Positions 9,925-23,078 are shown, counted from the first letter of the whole stretch. The stretch: DNA of 62,794 nt, filler included, from Sphacelaria rigidula (GCA_964200075.2; 11 parts of 11 records of this genome joined end to end with filler, not necessarily neighbours in it), one strand, 5' to 3'. Notes: generated from the letters alone by a model not told the origin. Numbers and translations are program-made.

Positions 9925-11275
9925 GTCGTCAGGTTTTCAATCTGAGGGTCTGCAAGTAGATAGCAAGGAAAGGTGGTGTCTTGCCGACCTGTCTATCCCG
10001 AGTGCAGGGGCAAAGGGTATTTGTCCGGTCACGGCTATTTTAGATTCAGGATCTGGAGTTACGACCGTGTCAGCTGGTGTGGCGGCGAAATTGCAAGTCA
10101 TGGTTACAGATGTCCAAGTGGTGAGACCGATGGCTGGTGAACAGTTGGTGAAATTGGCGAATGGCAATGTTGAGCGTGTGAAGCAGAAACCTTGCCCTGT
10201 CCGCACCGCTTTGTACACCAGCTGGGGTCCGGTTGTATTAGACCCATGCTCCTATGCAATCATGCCGGGTACCGATGATGTGATCATCATAGGGAGCCCT
10301 ATGCTAGAGGAGCTTGGCATCGACGTGTACAGTAGTTGAGGTGCCTGTGTGCGGGCGAGAAACAAGTCGGTGCGTGGTGTAGACACGCCTGAATTCAAGG
10401 ATTGTCGACGTATCAACATCACGGTTGAGGCTCTGGAGGATCAAGGTGATCGGGAGGAGCCCGTGGATCTCTCAGTCGAGCGGCTGGTGTCGCGCGGTCC
10501 GGAGACGAGTATGACTCCCGAACAAGAGCTGGCTGAGCGTAAGGTCGCGCTGGAGGAGGCGATACTAGCAGCTGCTAATATTGGCATGTCCGAGAGCAGC
10601 GTGGGCAAGCTTCGCGAGCTTGTAAACCGCCGTGCGAATGCTTTTCGGCGAGCGCTACGTGGTGATCCGCCCGCTCGTATCGAGCCTCTGAATGTGACAT
10701 TCATACCTGGTGCTGCGGCGGTTAAGGCTAGGCCGCGAGCATACTCTCCAGTTAAGATGGCATGATTGGCACGTTGCATGGCGACGTTGGTGGCGCTCGG
10801 GCTCGTGTATCGCAGTTTGCAGGCAGTATGGGCGAGCGCGGCTGTTGCAACGCCTAAAAAGGGTGGTTTCAGACTGGTGAGTGATTACCGTGCCGTTAAT
10901 ACGCAGATTGAGAAAGTGCCGACTGTGATGCCAAACCAAGAAGCAGGGATAGCGGATTTGGTTGGAGCTGCTTGTTTTGGAAAGCTAGACATGATGCAGG
11001 AATACTGGCAGATGCCGTTGGCGGCAGATGCCCAAGAAATCGTCACTATTGAAACCCTGACGTTATTCACGTCTACGCGCATATCTCAAGGAGTACTCAA
11101 CGCTACGGGGTATTTTGAGGGCACTATGACGAAGTTACTGACTGGAATTTCATGTAAGAGGTGCGTAGATGACATCTTGTGAGGAGGGACAAATGATGAC
11201 TTGCTGTGCACGCTGAATGCGATTTTAAGCCGCCTCGAGGATGCTGGTTTTTTTGCGGCTGCACACCAGTGTATA
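9925..11275 (+). pseudogene. pol: Gypsy pol: aspartic protease and reverse transcriptase, truncated, with in-frame stops
   Basis: Protease motif AILDSGSGVT (D at 10043). RT motifs WASAA...KKGGFRLVSDYRAVN, FGKLDMMQEYWQMPL, SQGVLNATGYF and CVDDIL. Stops end the ORF segments at 10339, 10765 and 11182. Confidence 0.92.
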
Positions 11276-12446
11276 ACAACAAATTGTGCGAATTGAGGTT
11301 TAACTCCGAGTTGAGGTTCAAGCCTAAAACAGTGCTNNNNNNNNNNNNNNNNNNNNNNNNNNNNNNNNNNNNNNNNNNNNTTAATTAATTAANNNNNNNN
11401 NNNNNNNNNNNNNNNNNNNNNNNNNNNNNNNNNNNNACTGCTCTGCCCTCCTCTGTTAACCACAGCAACAGCGAGATGGGAAAAAAAAAACAGGCAAAAA
11501 TAACAAGGACAAGACCAAGACGCTTGTGTTGTAGTTGATTCAACTAAGAGCTGAAAAAAAAAAACAGGTCAGCACAGAAACGAACACAGGAAGCACACAA
11601 AGCACACGAACACACACCAAGAGCAACGCAAGAAAAGGAAAGAAAATAAAATAAAAAATAAAAACAGCAAAGACAGCAACGAAAACGAAAACGAACAGAA
11701 AACAAAAACAAGGACAAAGACGAAGACAAGGACAACGAAAAACAAATCGAGGGAGCGGAGGGAAGGGGTTGACGCTACAATACTGTACATGTATGGTACA
11801 GTACAGCACAGCGCAGGACAGCATAGCACAGCACATCGGTCAGAATATCCAATTGTTAATATCGTACCCAAGGGGAAGCATCATCGAGGGGATGACTATC
11901 TTGGATTCCTAATGGCGAGTTTCCTCTGGCGAGTATCATCATCCATGATAATTATGGTACGTGTACCTCACGACCACTGCTGGCTTTGCAGCGAATCAGT
12001 CAACGTGCGGCATCAATCACTCAAAACCAACGTCCTTGAGGGGTGGTATGTACGCACGCTCCGAATACCATATCCATATTTTTTCTCGAATGGCGAGAGA
12101 CCAAGCAGCAGATGTTCCAGAGTCCCAAAAAACACGGAGCAGCGATATAGCACATATATGCAACTCCCGCAACAGCAACACATACGACGGAAGATATGGG
12201 AGGATCGTCGGCGTCGCACGCTCATATTTAGCAGGGAGTACAATGCAGTGAACTCCCCGGGGTAATAATATAAAACAATGACGTACAGAATATCCCTGAA
12301 CGATCTAGGGCCGAAGTTCTTGAGAGTAGGGCGGTACGCGCACTTTGCCAAGTTGACAGGGTGATTTAGTGGGTTCAACCCCCACACTTGCCTTGAACAC
12401 AGCTTTCCAAACACTCGAGGCGCCTGCCACACACATGACTGCCGCA

Positions 12447-12582
12447 CACCCTGGACAAAGGGTTATATCGTCAAAAATGTACTGTGTACAGTATGGAATC
12501 TATTGTCTGCATTTGCAATAGGCGCAATAGTCGATACTGTACGCGGTACACTTTTTGACTGTGTGTTCTGTTGTCCAGGGTG
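12447..12582. mobile_element. Short palindromic MITE (TIR CACCCTGGACAA)
   Basis: caccctggacaa ... ttgtccagggtg. Related copies at about 15466-15605, 29270-29398 and 39440-39555. Confidence 0.75.
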
Positions 12583-13510
12583 GGGACTGCCGCACGGCGG
12601 TCTAGCTCAGCCTGCGGGTAATCGGCACGCGAACCCTTTCGCGGGGGTACGTGTTGGGTGGGGTTTACCCCCCCTTCGTTTTAGTAAAAAAAAGAGAAAA
12701 TGGACGATATGATGGGGTCCTGCGTGAAATTACTGACTGCACCGTGCCCTTGTGCACTCACTCTCCCGTGTTTCAAAAAATGCCCAAGTAGAGGTACAAG
12801 ATGATTATTATATCGCTGCCTGCACTGTCTGAAAGCACTAACCGCCTTGTACTGTAGTGTGCAGAAAGATATCACTATATATACTGTGTTGTGAAGATAA
12901 AGTGATGTCGTTAGTTACACCATGGACGTACTGTAGTGACTCTACTGGCTGTGTCTATGGCACACCGGATGAACGATCCATGTACACTGGGACATGTGCT
13001 GACCATAACGTCGGATAGTGACGCTGTACTGCTGTCTGTCCACGACATACACGTGTTGCTCCCGAGTACTTCTACCTCAAATAGGTTTTTGCAAGCGTAG
13101 TACGATACCATGCACGGCGCTCAGTGGATCAAATTTCACCACTTCACAGTGCAGAACAGCGCTTCTACAGTATCCATGATTACATACAACACGGCGGTCT
13201 GGACGACTCGGGACAAAGGTGGGCATGAAAAAGCATCAACTCGCTGTACTAGTTGAGCCGAATACTCAGTAAACCCGGATGGGGAATACTTACAGGTCAC
13301 CTAGCAATTCTGATTCTGTAATTTCTCAGACGGTAACTGAATTGTGTCCTCAAAAATACTACAAATACATCTGCCAGCAGGCAGGCGTCAATGCTCGGGG
13401 GTGGGGTAGGTGGATTGAGAGGGTTGCAAGGGACGAACGAATAATTATTCGTCTGAACATTCCTTGTTTTTCAGTGTACTACTTCATCCCTACCGTGCTA
13501 CGGAGCACAA

Positions 13511-15424
13511 TCCTTGGGCTTTGTTTTCAGCGTTGCACCCCAGGTGGAGGTACGCGCAACCGACGCACATGGAATTGCGCGAAAATTGCGTGTATAGCTT
13601 TTTACTCGTGGTCAACTATTTGTTGTCTTCCGAGCAAACAGACCTCATAAATCGTAGATGTGATGATTGATTTCACCCGGCGATGATTCGTCCGACCCTT
13701 GTTGGGTTTGGTGACTTGGTTGGGGGGGTTGTTGGGCTGGTGGGTCGTGTGGGTCGGTGGGTTGTGGGTTGAGCAGGATGGTTGAGCGGGTTGCTTGGGT
13801 GGTTGGGTTGGGTGGGTTGGGTACATTTTGGTACGGATCACACGTGTGGAAAAACGGGGAAAAAACGACAGCAAATCGGCGAACAAAACACGACAGGAAA
13901 TCGACCAACTTGGTAAATCTGCTAGCAATTCGGGGTATAATTTTACCCATCAATCTGGAGTCTTCCCAAGAACAAACTTGTCTTCAGTACATATATCTCG
14001 TATCCAGCGTGAAAAAACGTGAACGTGGGACATGAACAGATCTCCCCCGTATCAAGAAAGTCAAGCGTGGAAACCCTTTCGGAATACTCGTCGGTGTGTG
14101 ACCTGCACACGGTAGGTACAATGCTGTTGTCCCTACTGGCTGTGCGTGCACGTTGTTGTGCTTACCTTTCCCTGTTTTGAGTGTGAAGAGGTGTTGGTAC
14201 TACTATTTGCACTTGGAGACCCCAGATACACACAGTGCAGGGAAAGTATGGCATCGTGGTTGGCCGCTAGTATTGCCGCAGTTGCTTGTCGGGCTACGTT
14301 GTGTCCTACCCGTGATTCAAACGATGGCTCCCTCGAGTTTTTTTGTACAGTATATCTTGACGATCTCTTCCGAGCGCATCTCGGTGGCAAGTCGCAACCA
14401 CAAGCGCTCTTGCACCCCACGACTCCGAGGGCCAAATAACTCGACGTCTACGAGCGGTTCGTGCACCTCATCTCGCTGCATACAAGAGGACTCGTGGAGG
14501 ATGAATGCATGATGACAGCTTATAGAAATGACCGTGCGACGCTCGCTCGTCGGATGTTCTGTTGATGACAACTACGGATCGTACGCTGTCCTCAATGGTA
14601 TACTACACACCCTGGATAATGACAATAAGTGACAATTGTCGAAAATCTCAGACCCGCGTTCATAATACCGAAGTCCCCACGTCAGGAAGGTGCGGTGGTA
14701 ATGATGAGGGTTTGGTAGAGTTTGCACCCGTAACGGCTGGATGGTAAGTTTGGAGATGCTCGTTTTGTGCTGACAAACAATCAAGGTCGTACGAGTACAT
14801 CTCCGCCGGCACCCTGGCATGTCTTACGCAGTCTCGTGGCGTATCAACCGTGGTAGACGGTCCAGTCGAAACCTGTCAGTATCCACATACCTTGGACACA
14901 GGCCATGGCCGTCTGGAGAGCCGCACACTAAAATTACATAACTTTTCCAGGGTCAGACGAATCATCGGTGGTTGGAATCACCAAATCTACGATTTCCGAG
15001 GCCCGATTGCTATAAAGAGAAAAAACAGTTGGCAGTGGGTCAACAACGGAGTGATGCTACGGTAGGGGTGCCCAAATATTTCCTGAGGTTAGAATTGTTG
15101 GGAGCCCTTTATCTCATCCAAAAAGGGACTTTTGAAAAATGTGAGAGTACGCCAGGACTATAATACTATTCCAACGTGCTAGGTACTCCCCGAATGAATC
15201 ATAGGGACTCCCCGAATAAATCATTTGCAATCCGGGATGCCCTGACCCATACTTTTATGCATCTAGAATCGTTAGGAACCCCTGAACTAGACAAGATCTT
15301 GCGCAAAAAGTGCGCCCCTACCGTACCATTGCTCAACGTCTCTACGCAACTTGTGCGCTGTTCCACATAACTGTGCCTGGGGTGTGCGTACCTGGGGTGC
15401 AACGCTGAAAAACAAAACCAGGGA
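13511..15424. mobile_element. TIR DNA transposon relic, possibly piggyBac-derived
   Basis: About 35-bp TIRs (tccttgggctttgttttcagcgttgcaccccaggt / acctggggtgcaacgctgaaaaacaaaaccaggga) with degenerate TTAA-like flanks. Minus strand 14150-14560 gives HAFILHE...RLWLRLATEM and a Cys-rich end, weakly resembling the piggyBac C-terminus. Confidence 0.45.
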
Positions 15425-15639
15425 TTGATTCGTACGGTACGAATCAATTACACTACATGACAGACACACCCTGGACGATAGATTACATCATATAAAAAAA
15501 AGTGCACTGCATACAATATCGACTATGGCGTCTATCGCAATAAACAATAGATTCCACACTGTACGCAGTACACTTTTTGACAATGTAATCCATTGCCCAC
15601 GGTGTGCACTACAACCAAGCAAAATTTTCCACACGTGGG

Positions 15640-17054
15640 ACAGCTCATGAGCTAGCTCATCTGTGGGCGGTAGCTCACTTGTAGTCAAACATGTACATGC
15701 GAGTTATGTCTGATAGCTCAACAAAAGGTGAACGTGCGCTGATGAGCTACGAGTTGGTAGCTCACCCAGGACAACCATGCGTAGCTCTTGCAGCTCTCAT
15801 AGCTCATCCAGGTCGAGTATGAGTGATGAGCTACGGGTTGGTAGCTCACCCAGGACGAATATGAGCTGATGAGCTACGGGTAGGTAGCTCACATACCGCA
15901 AACGTGCGTAGCTCATACAGATCCCATAGCTCACTCAGGGCGAATATGAGCTGATGAGCTACGGGTTGATAGCTCACCCAGGGCAAACGTGTGCAGCTCA
16001 TGTAACTCTCACAGCTCACCCAGGGAAAACATATGGCGGATGAGCTATGCTCGATAGCTCACCCAAGGCAAACATGTGTAGCTCACGCAGCTCTTGTAGC
16101 TCACCCGGGGAAAACATGAGCTGATGCGCTACGCGCGGTAGCTCGCGGTAGCTCACCCAAGGGACCCATGGTCGTGGCTCACTCACGTCATATGCCTAGC
16201 TCGACGCTGGCCAACCACGTGTCGCTTATGATGGAACATTCTTGCTCCAACGGATGGCGCCACATATCATTAGGCTGTGATGTTTTACCTCACTCTTCGC
16301 GATAGGAAGAAGAGAAGCCAGCCAACGCATATCCTCGTTCGCTCGGTCGGATAGTTAAAAAGAGTGTCTACAATAATCGATCGATTCATTTCTTTTGACC
16401 GGTTGGCCGCGAGGGTACGAGTCCATCTGGTCATGTATATGCTATTCAAGTGAAATTGGAGCCGGTTCAACAGATGACTTATGCTCGCCGTCAAGGGGTT
16501 AGCCCTCTGACCGCGAGGGTTGGCGATCTGATGAATCAGCATACTCCACTCTATTTTCCGGGTGTGAATGATGCCGATTCAGAGACCTCCTACCCTCGCG
16601 GTCACTCGCGGTCAACACTCACTCGCGGTCAAAGGGATAAGTAGTCGTAGCTCTCATAGCTCTCATAGCTCACCCAGGGCAATTATTCGCAGCTCACCTA
16701 GCTCTCATAGCTCATCCGGGGCAAACATGCGTAGCTCATGCATCTCTCATAGCTCATCCGCAGCAAGCATGCGTAGCTCATGCAGCTCTCATAGCTCACC
16801 CAGGGCTCATATGAGCTGATGAGCTACGGGTTGGTAGCTCATCCAGGGAAAACATACGTAGCTCATGGAGCTCTCATAGCTCACCCAGGACGAATCTGAG
16901 CCGATGAGCTACGGGTTGGTAGCTCACGTACGGTAAACATACGTAGCCCATACAACCTTAGGAAAAACATGCGTAGCTCACGTAGCTCTCATAGCTCACT
17001 AGGGAGCTACGCTCAAAAAGAGCTAGCTCGAGCTATGGGGAGCTGATCTGTCCG
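15640..17054. repeat. AGCTC-rich array of GAGCTAC-GGGTTG-GTAGCTC hairpin units in two blocks around a unique core
   Basis: Many copies of gagctgatgagctacgggttggtagctcacccagg at 15640-16200 and 16645-17054. Confidence 0.8.
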
Positions 17055-17853
17055 NNNNNNNNNNNNNNNNNNNNNNNNNNNNNNNNNNNNNNNNNNNNTT
17101 AATTAATTAANNNNNNNNNNNNNNNNNNNNNNNNNNNNNNNNNNNNNNNNNNNNGAATCGTTAGGAGCCTCTGAACCAGACAAAATTTCGCGAAAAAAGT
17201 GCACCTCTACCGTAGCATTGCTCAAAACCGTTCATCCAAGATGTGAATACGATATACTCTTCATACCAACAAGCTCTTCACTATTCTGGCAATATGTTGA
17301 CATTCTGTATACGACCTATACAGTACATAAGCTGGTCATGATTCTACGTCGAATATTCCACTGGAATGCGTGAGAGGGATAATGCATGAGAGGACCGCGT
17401 GCTTAGAGGACCGTATCGGAATTTGAACATCTTCATGGATAGGCTTGGCGGTAGGGTTAGCGTTGGGGTTAGAGGTGATGTTGGGGTTAGGGTCAGGGGC
17501 GTGGTCCCTGCGGGGACTGGCCCCATTGGTTTTGAAAAACGTCGATCCTGGGGTGTTTTGAACTACCATGCGGTGCTCTAAACACGCGGTCCTCACACGC
17601 ATGTCACCACCTCGTCAGTTACTACTACGATATTTGCTACTTCGTTATTTGTCAGATACACCGTAACTAGCCTTACTGCTGTGCTCACGTATTCATTCGG
17701 AGCAGTCATTCCTTCTATCCCAGCAGTTACTGCGATGTCCTTCCCGCGGAAGAGAAACGCAAGGTTCGTCTTCTTGACTTGTGTGTGTACCTCGAAGCCG
17801 CCTTGAATGGCAAAGTGAATCGCATGCAAACCACATTTCAGTACTTGCAAGTT

Positions 17854-18070
17854 CCGAGCAGGTGGGTCCTCCCGGTATCGGTTACCTGTAGGTACGGAGC
17901 AGAAGGTCGTTTTTCGGCATGTGGTTCCTGTTAGTACCGAACAGATGGGTCGTCCCGGTATCGGATACCTGTAGGTACGGGGCAGAAGAGTTGTTTCGGC
18001 ATCTGGTTCCTGATAGTACCGAGCAGGTGGGTTGTCTCGACATCTGGTGCCTTCACGTACCGAGCATCAG
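17854..18070. repeat. Tandem repeat of about 83 bp, 2.5 copies
   Basis: ccga(g/a)cag(g/a)tgggt... units start at 17854, 17937 and 18019. Confidence 0.8.
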
Positions 18071-19352
18071 TTCGTCGATGCGGTCGTGACGACGTGATCG
18101 GCGCCAACACCGCCCTAAAACACACTTGTGCCAACTCCATTCCACTACCGCCCCCATGCGAGAGTGCCTCCCACGCGAGCTACGGGTGCCTGAATTTTAC
18201 AGTTCCGAAATCATTCACCCCCCTTTCGAGGCATACTGCATCGTCGTCATGTCGCTCCATTTACCTCGTGTGGCTTCGCTACCCCTGGGTCGACAAGTGC
18301 GTGGCCCAGGTTTGCTCGGGGTGCGATCCCTGCATGCATGAGGTCTGTGCAGTCCTCCCAACACGTCGGTCGTGGGGTGATGAAATTCCGATGGTGGCCA
18401 AAAAGCAGGACGTTCCAACACTCTTTGCACGACAGACCCCCCAAAAGTTGCAATTAGTTGAATTTGGGTGGTGTGATTGAGTGGACGATGATATTCCCGG
18501 CAAGATACTGCGTGCTACTTTCACGTATTGATATTGGCCCCACTGAGAGGTGGGCGTGCAAGTACGGCAGGTGTCCCGCCACAATGCTCTGAAAATCGCT
18601 GGTCATAAGTCCGACATTCCATACAAATAGCAGACGATAGCACCATAGCACCAGCAGTGTGCCAGGTCCTGCCATTGCATAGCCATGGCGAGCAAGCGAT
18701 CCATTTCTCCATTGTGGGATTCCCACTGTACAGTAGGAATCGATACGATGGGTATGGATCTTCTTATGGAGTTAGTTGGAGTTCTGACCAGAAATTGTTG
18801 TGATGAAGGTTCATGAAGCACCTTGGGTTCGGGGCGTGTTTTTTACGTCACCTCCATGGTGTCCACTTCGTGCGAAGTGATCCAAATACAGCAAAACACA
18901 GCGCTGTAATGTGTGGAAGGACGGCGTGCTTTATGGACCGCATCGAAACTTGAACATCCCAGGATCTACCATATTCATGACGGCTGTACTGCGTGAGAGG
19001 ACCACGTGCTTAGAGGACCGCACCGTAGCTCCAAACACCTTAGGATCGACGTTTTCCAAAACCAATCGGGCCAGTCCTTGCAGGGACCACATCCCTGACT
19101 CCAACCCTACCCCTAACCCTAACCCCAACCATGGGGACGTTCAAGGTCCGACGCGGTCCTCAAAGCACGCGGTCCTCCCACGCATTTCACCGCTCGGGCC
19201 AGTCCCTGCAGGGACCGCGCCCCTGAACCTTACCCTAACCTCAATGCTTCCAGTAACCCTAAGCATAGGGGTGTTGACACTCCGATGCGGTTCAAAAAGG
19301 ACGCGGCCCTCCCACGCAGTACAGTACTATGCGGTGGGTAGCAAATGTCACG

Positions 19353-20663
19353 CTGTAATGCGTGAGAGGACCGCGTGCTTAGAGGACCGCGCCGTAGTTC
19401 AAAATACCTCAGGATCGACGTGTTTCAAAACCAATCGGGTCAGTCCCTGCAGGTACCATGCCCCTGATCCTAACCCCAACACTAACCCTGCCCTTTTGAA
19501 CCTTTCATCGCGGATTATTCGCGGAATACGGGCCTTGGCGGGTTTGGCTTCCTTCGAAAGATTTGCTGTATTTTTCACGAGGATCCCAGCACGCTTGTCG
19601 GATATTTCGTAGTCCCAATTTTTCTCTTGGCCGGATTCTGTTTTTTTTCAGTCAACTGAAAAAACGTCGAGTTGTCCGCAAAAAAACGTATTTTTCAGGG
19701 TTGGGGGCTGGCGCTACGCGCCAGTACCAGCTATACTGGCTGCTCTCCGGAGCCAGTTTACTGTGGGTTCTATCAGTACATTGGTGTCGCGGCGCAGCCG
19801 CGACCACCGGCTTCCCCCCGGCTGGTGAGGGGCCCCCGCCGGAGGCGCCCAGCCAGAGGCGTATTTTTACGCGATTTGGCTTCACTAGAAGATACTTTGT
19901 GGGTGATTTTGGGCCACTTCGATGCCTGCCTGGGTGTGAAAACGTTTCTTCTTCTAATACTTGTTAGTATAGCCAGAGAAAAAATTCTTCAATAATTGTG
20001 ATTCGCTGGAGGCCGGGGCGGGTTCAGGGATCTGAGGCCCCGGGCTCGGGTCTGAAGCGGGCTGCTGCTTCCAGTGACATTTTGGTCCATCGATTTTGTG
20101 GTTTCCCTCTAGTGTGTGTGTGCACTGTTCTCAACCTCTCTCCTTTCCTGCCTCTCATGCGGCGCAGTTTCGGTGGGTTTCCATAATAATATGGTTTAGG
20201 AGGCATAGTATAGGACGTACTACGTAAGATGGGTATGTACTGGTTGTACTGGGAGCCTCTGACGCAGTACAGGAAAACTGCCAGTACAGGAATACTGCCA
20301 GTAGATACTGGTCCAGTCCCCAACCCTAGTATTTTTGCCGACAACTCGACATTTTTTCAGTTGAGTAAAAAAATCCAGAATCCGACCAAGAGAGAAACTG
20401 GGACTAAGAAATATCGGACAAGCGTGCTGGAATTCTCGTGAAAAATATAGCAAATCTTTCCGAGGAGGCCAAATCCACCAAAGCCCGTATTCCGCGAATA
20501 ACCCGCGATGAAAGGTTCAAAAGGGCAGGGTTAGTGTTGGGGTTATGGTCAGGGGCGTGGTACCTGCAGGGACTGGCCCGATTGGTTTTGAAAAACGTCG
20601 ATCCTGAGATATTTTCACCTACGATGCGGTCCTCTAAGCACGCGGTCCTCTGACGCATTACAG
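19353..20663. mobile_element. Non-autonomous DNA transposon with about 350-bp TIRs containing CCCTAA-like motifs
   Basis: ctgtaatgcgtgagaggaccgcgtgcttagaggaccgc... is inverted at 20330-20663. Shorter relatives at 17370-17600, 18903-19320 and 22696-22772. Confidence 0.85.
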
Positions 20664-22872
20664 TCATGAACCAAACACAGAAAAACGTAGATCGAGCGAC
20701 GGTTTCATTGTGGCGGGAAAGCCTACTTACCGCGCTTCATGTTTCTCTTCGACTGCATATGACGTGTAACCATCTGGCGGAAGTCCCACAAAAAACACAC
20801 TTCCCATCTTTTCGGTCCATTATTTTCTCGAACAGACCGTACACCCTCGGCAAAACAATCAAGCATCCTCGCTCATAGGGGAGGTAGCAGGATCGACAGG
20901 CTTCTTGCCCCTCCCCTTATTGACGATGGTACTGGTTACTGTACGCCACCCCCTCGGTTGAAAGGCAATGTTGTCTCTGTCTGAGGTGTCGATACGCAAG
21001 TAGTGCCTGCCGCCTGTTTCTAGAGCTGGGTACACCCTTGGAGGCCGGTGAAACGCGAGGCGCCCGCTCACCGGACCGAAGAGAGCCGGAAAGAAGCCGG
21101 GACCAGAGAAGGCGTCGGCTGGGGAGTGCGTGGAACGGTCTCAGCCCGACACAATCACACTTCGGTGAGAGCTTGCTGGGTTTGTCTTCATGCTCTCAAA
21201 CGCACCTGCAACTTACTGTACGGACGGTAGTTCTTCTACCCCGAAATGAACAGGCTGCTGCAGCGGTATCTTATAGGATCAGGGTATTCGGGTGGGCTTC
21301 GATTTGTTTCATGTCAGCCATGTGTCTATCCATGGATAACACGAGCACCCGCCAGCAAGATGGTGCATTTGTTACTCGTATGCTTCGCTTACACGCATGC
21401 GAGAACGCTACATCATGTCGTCTCGCAGATCGGTGCTTCAGCGCAAGGTTCGCCGAAATCGTCACAGCCGCCCAGCCTATTCACGTGCAGACCAATTTGT
21501 AGAGCCGGGTTCATGCGAGGTTTTCCCATTCGATTTCAAGACCCTGCAGTGATGCCCCTGTCATACCCGAGCTATGCCTTGGTATTCTTGGGCACAAGAA
21601 CACGCGTCTACGACAGCAGCACAATAATCTAGCGGCCCCACAGCGCTATAGCGCATACATCCTCAAGCGCTTGAAGATCAAAGTGCGGAGCCGAGGTTAC
21701 TTGACGAGGTGGTCGTCAGATTTTGACATTTCAATATTTGTGATGGTCACGTCCTGAATCCCAGTCAATGCTGCTCCACACCCGAATCCCGACCCAAGGC
21801 ATGCCGAAGACCCTCGGGCGAGATGGGGGGAGACTGTGTTCTATGTGAAGTGTGCGGTGGCAAAAGAGTTCACGCGGAAGGTCGTCGTCAAATATCTGCA
21901 GTTCTCGAAACGTGGTCGATTTTGTGGACCATATCGAGCTAACTTGGCACTTGGTTCGCGACAAGTGTCAGATGTATAAATAAGAGCCAAAGTTTGAATT
22001 TCACCAGCCAACCGCGGAATAGTATCTTGTTCGCCTGGAAAGACGGTCGACCTGTGCCAAACGTCGAAACCCCTCCGTTCACGACACGATACACGCTTCT
22101 TTGTATCCGGAACCCCGAGCTCAGCACGCCTTGACAACAAGGACCACAGCTGCTGCGTGCGTTGTTCCCATCATCCTTCAAGAGGGCTGTACCAACAACC
22201 ATCCCGCAGCCCAAAAGCAGGTGGTCGTGCGGGCAGTGTGTTTGACCACACTGAACAGGCGGTGGATCCGAGCGGGCCCCCTGGCAATTTCACGGCTTTT
22301 TAGCGCACGTAGCCAACGCACCCCTTCAACATACCCTTGCACCAAATACTCGACTTGTGTGCGTGTATGCTGACACTAAATACCACGTAAATGACTTTGT
22401 GGCAATTTTCGCCTTGATATTTTCAGTAATTGCGGGTGCGGGCAGATCCCACATGTTTCCTTTTGGATTGCCAAGATGGGTTTTCTTTGAAGCTCGTGAT
22501 TCTTTCGAGAGATTTTTTTTTTTACGTGATTTGGTCAAAAAACGCCCGTCGCCTCGGCCGCTAGGGTGGGCAATCTCGGTGATGCATTTTCTTCAAGTGA
22601 AATGACGCCGGCGCAGCGAAAAACCCTAGCGATGAAGAAAATTAAGCGTGCGGGGTGTTACGCAAGAGTGCTGCCCACCGCCGACACGATGTATGCTGTA
22701 ATGCGTGAGAGGACCGCCTGCTTAGAGGACCGCGTCATAGTTCGAAACACCTCAGGATCGACGTTTTTCAAANNNNNNNNNNNNNNNNNNNNNNNNNNNN
22801 NNNNNNNNNNNNNNNNTTAATTAATTAANNNNNNNNNNNNNNNNNNNNNNNNNNNNNNNNNNNNNNNNNNNN

Positions 22873-23078
22873 AATCAGTAGGCCTCGGGCCGAACAATCA
22901 TAGCAGGATGCAGCTCACCCTTCATGCAACTCGCCGAACACACCACGGCGCTTCGCGCGTGATGACTGCGTGCGAGCCTGGTCCGGCGAAAACCAGGCGT
23001 GCTCTGTCCCGGCTTCGTAGGGATGCGAGGTCAATGGTCTTATAAATATGGCATGCATGATCATGAGTACACCCCCCC
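22873..23078 (+). mobile_element. LINE family C 3' fragment ending in a C-run
   Basis: ...gggatgcgaggtcaatggtctt...gcatgcatgatcatgagtacaccccccc. Confidence 0.8.

Noticed and set aside
15735..17045. Repeated CTGATGAG plus hairpin, suggesting hammerhead ribozymes or retrozymes
   Set aside because: The stem GCTAC/GTAGC is followed by TCA, not the required GAAA, and no stem I/III with a cleavage triplet is evident.
18521..18712. PHD-finger-like MEKWIACSPWLCNGRTWH...CMEC on the minus strand
   Set aside because: Ligand spacing is incomplete and the surrounding frames are full of stops. Too weak to call without a profile search.
21250..21620. Possible Gypsy RNase H relic on the minus strand (MTGASLQGL...)
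   Set aside because: Only one or two faint motif echoes and the catalytic residues are absent.
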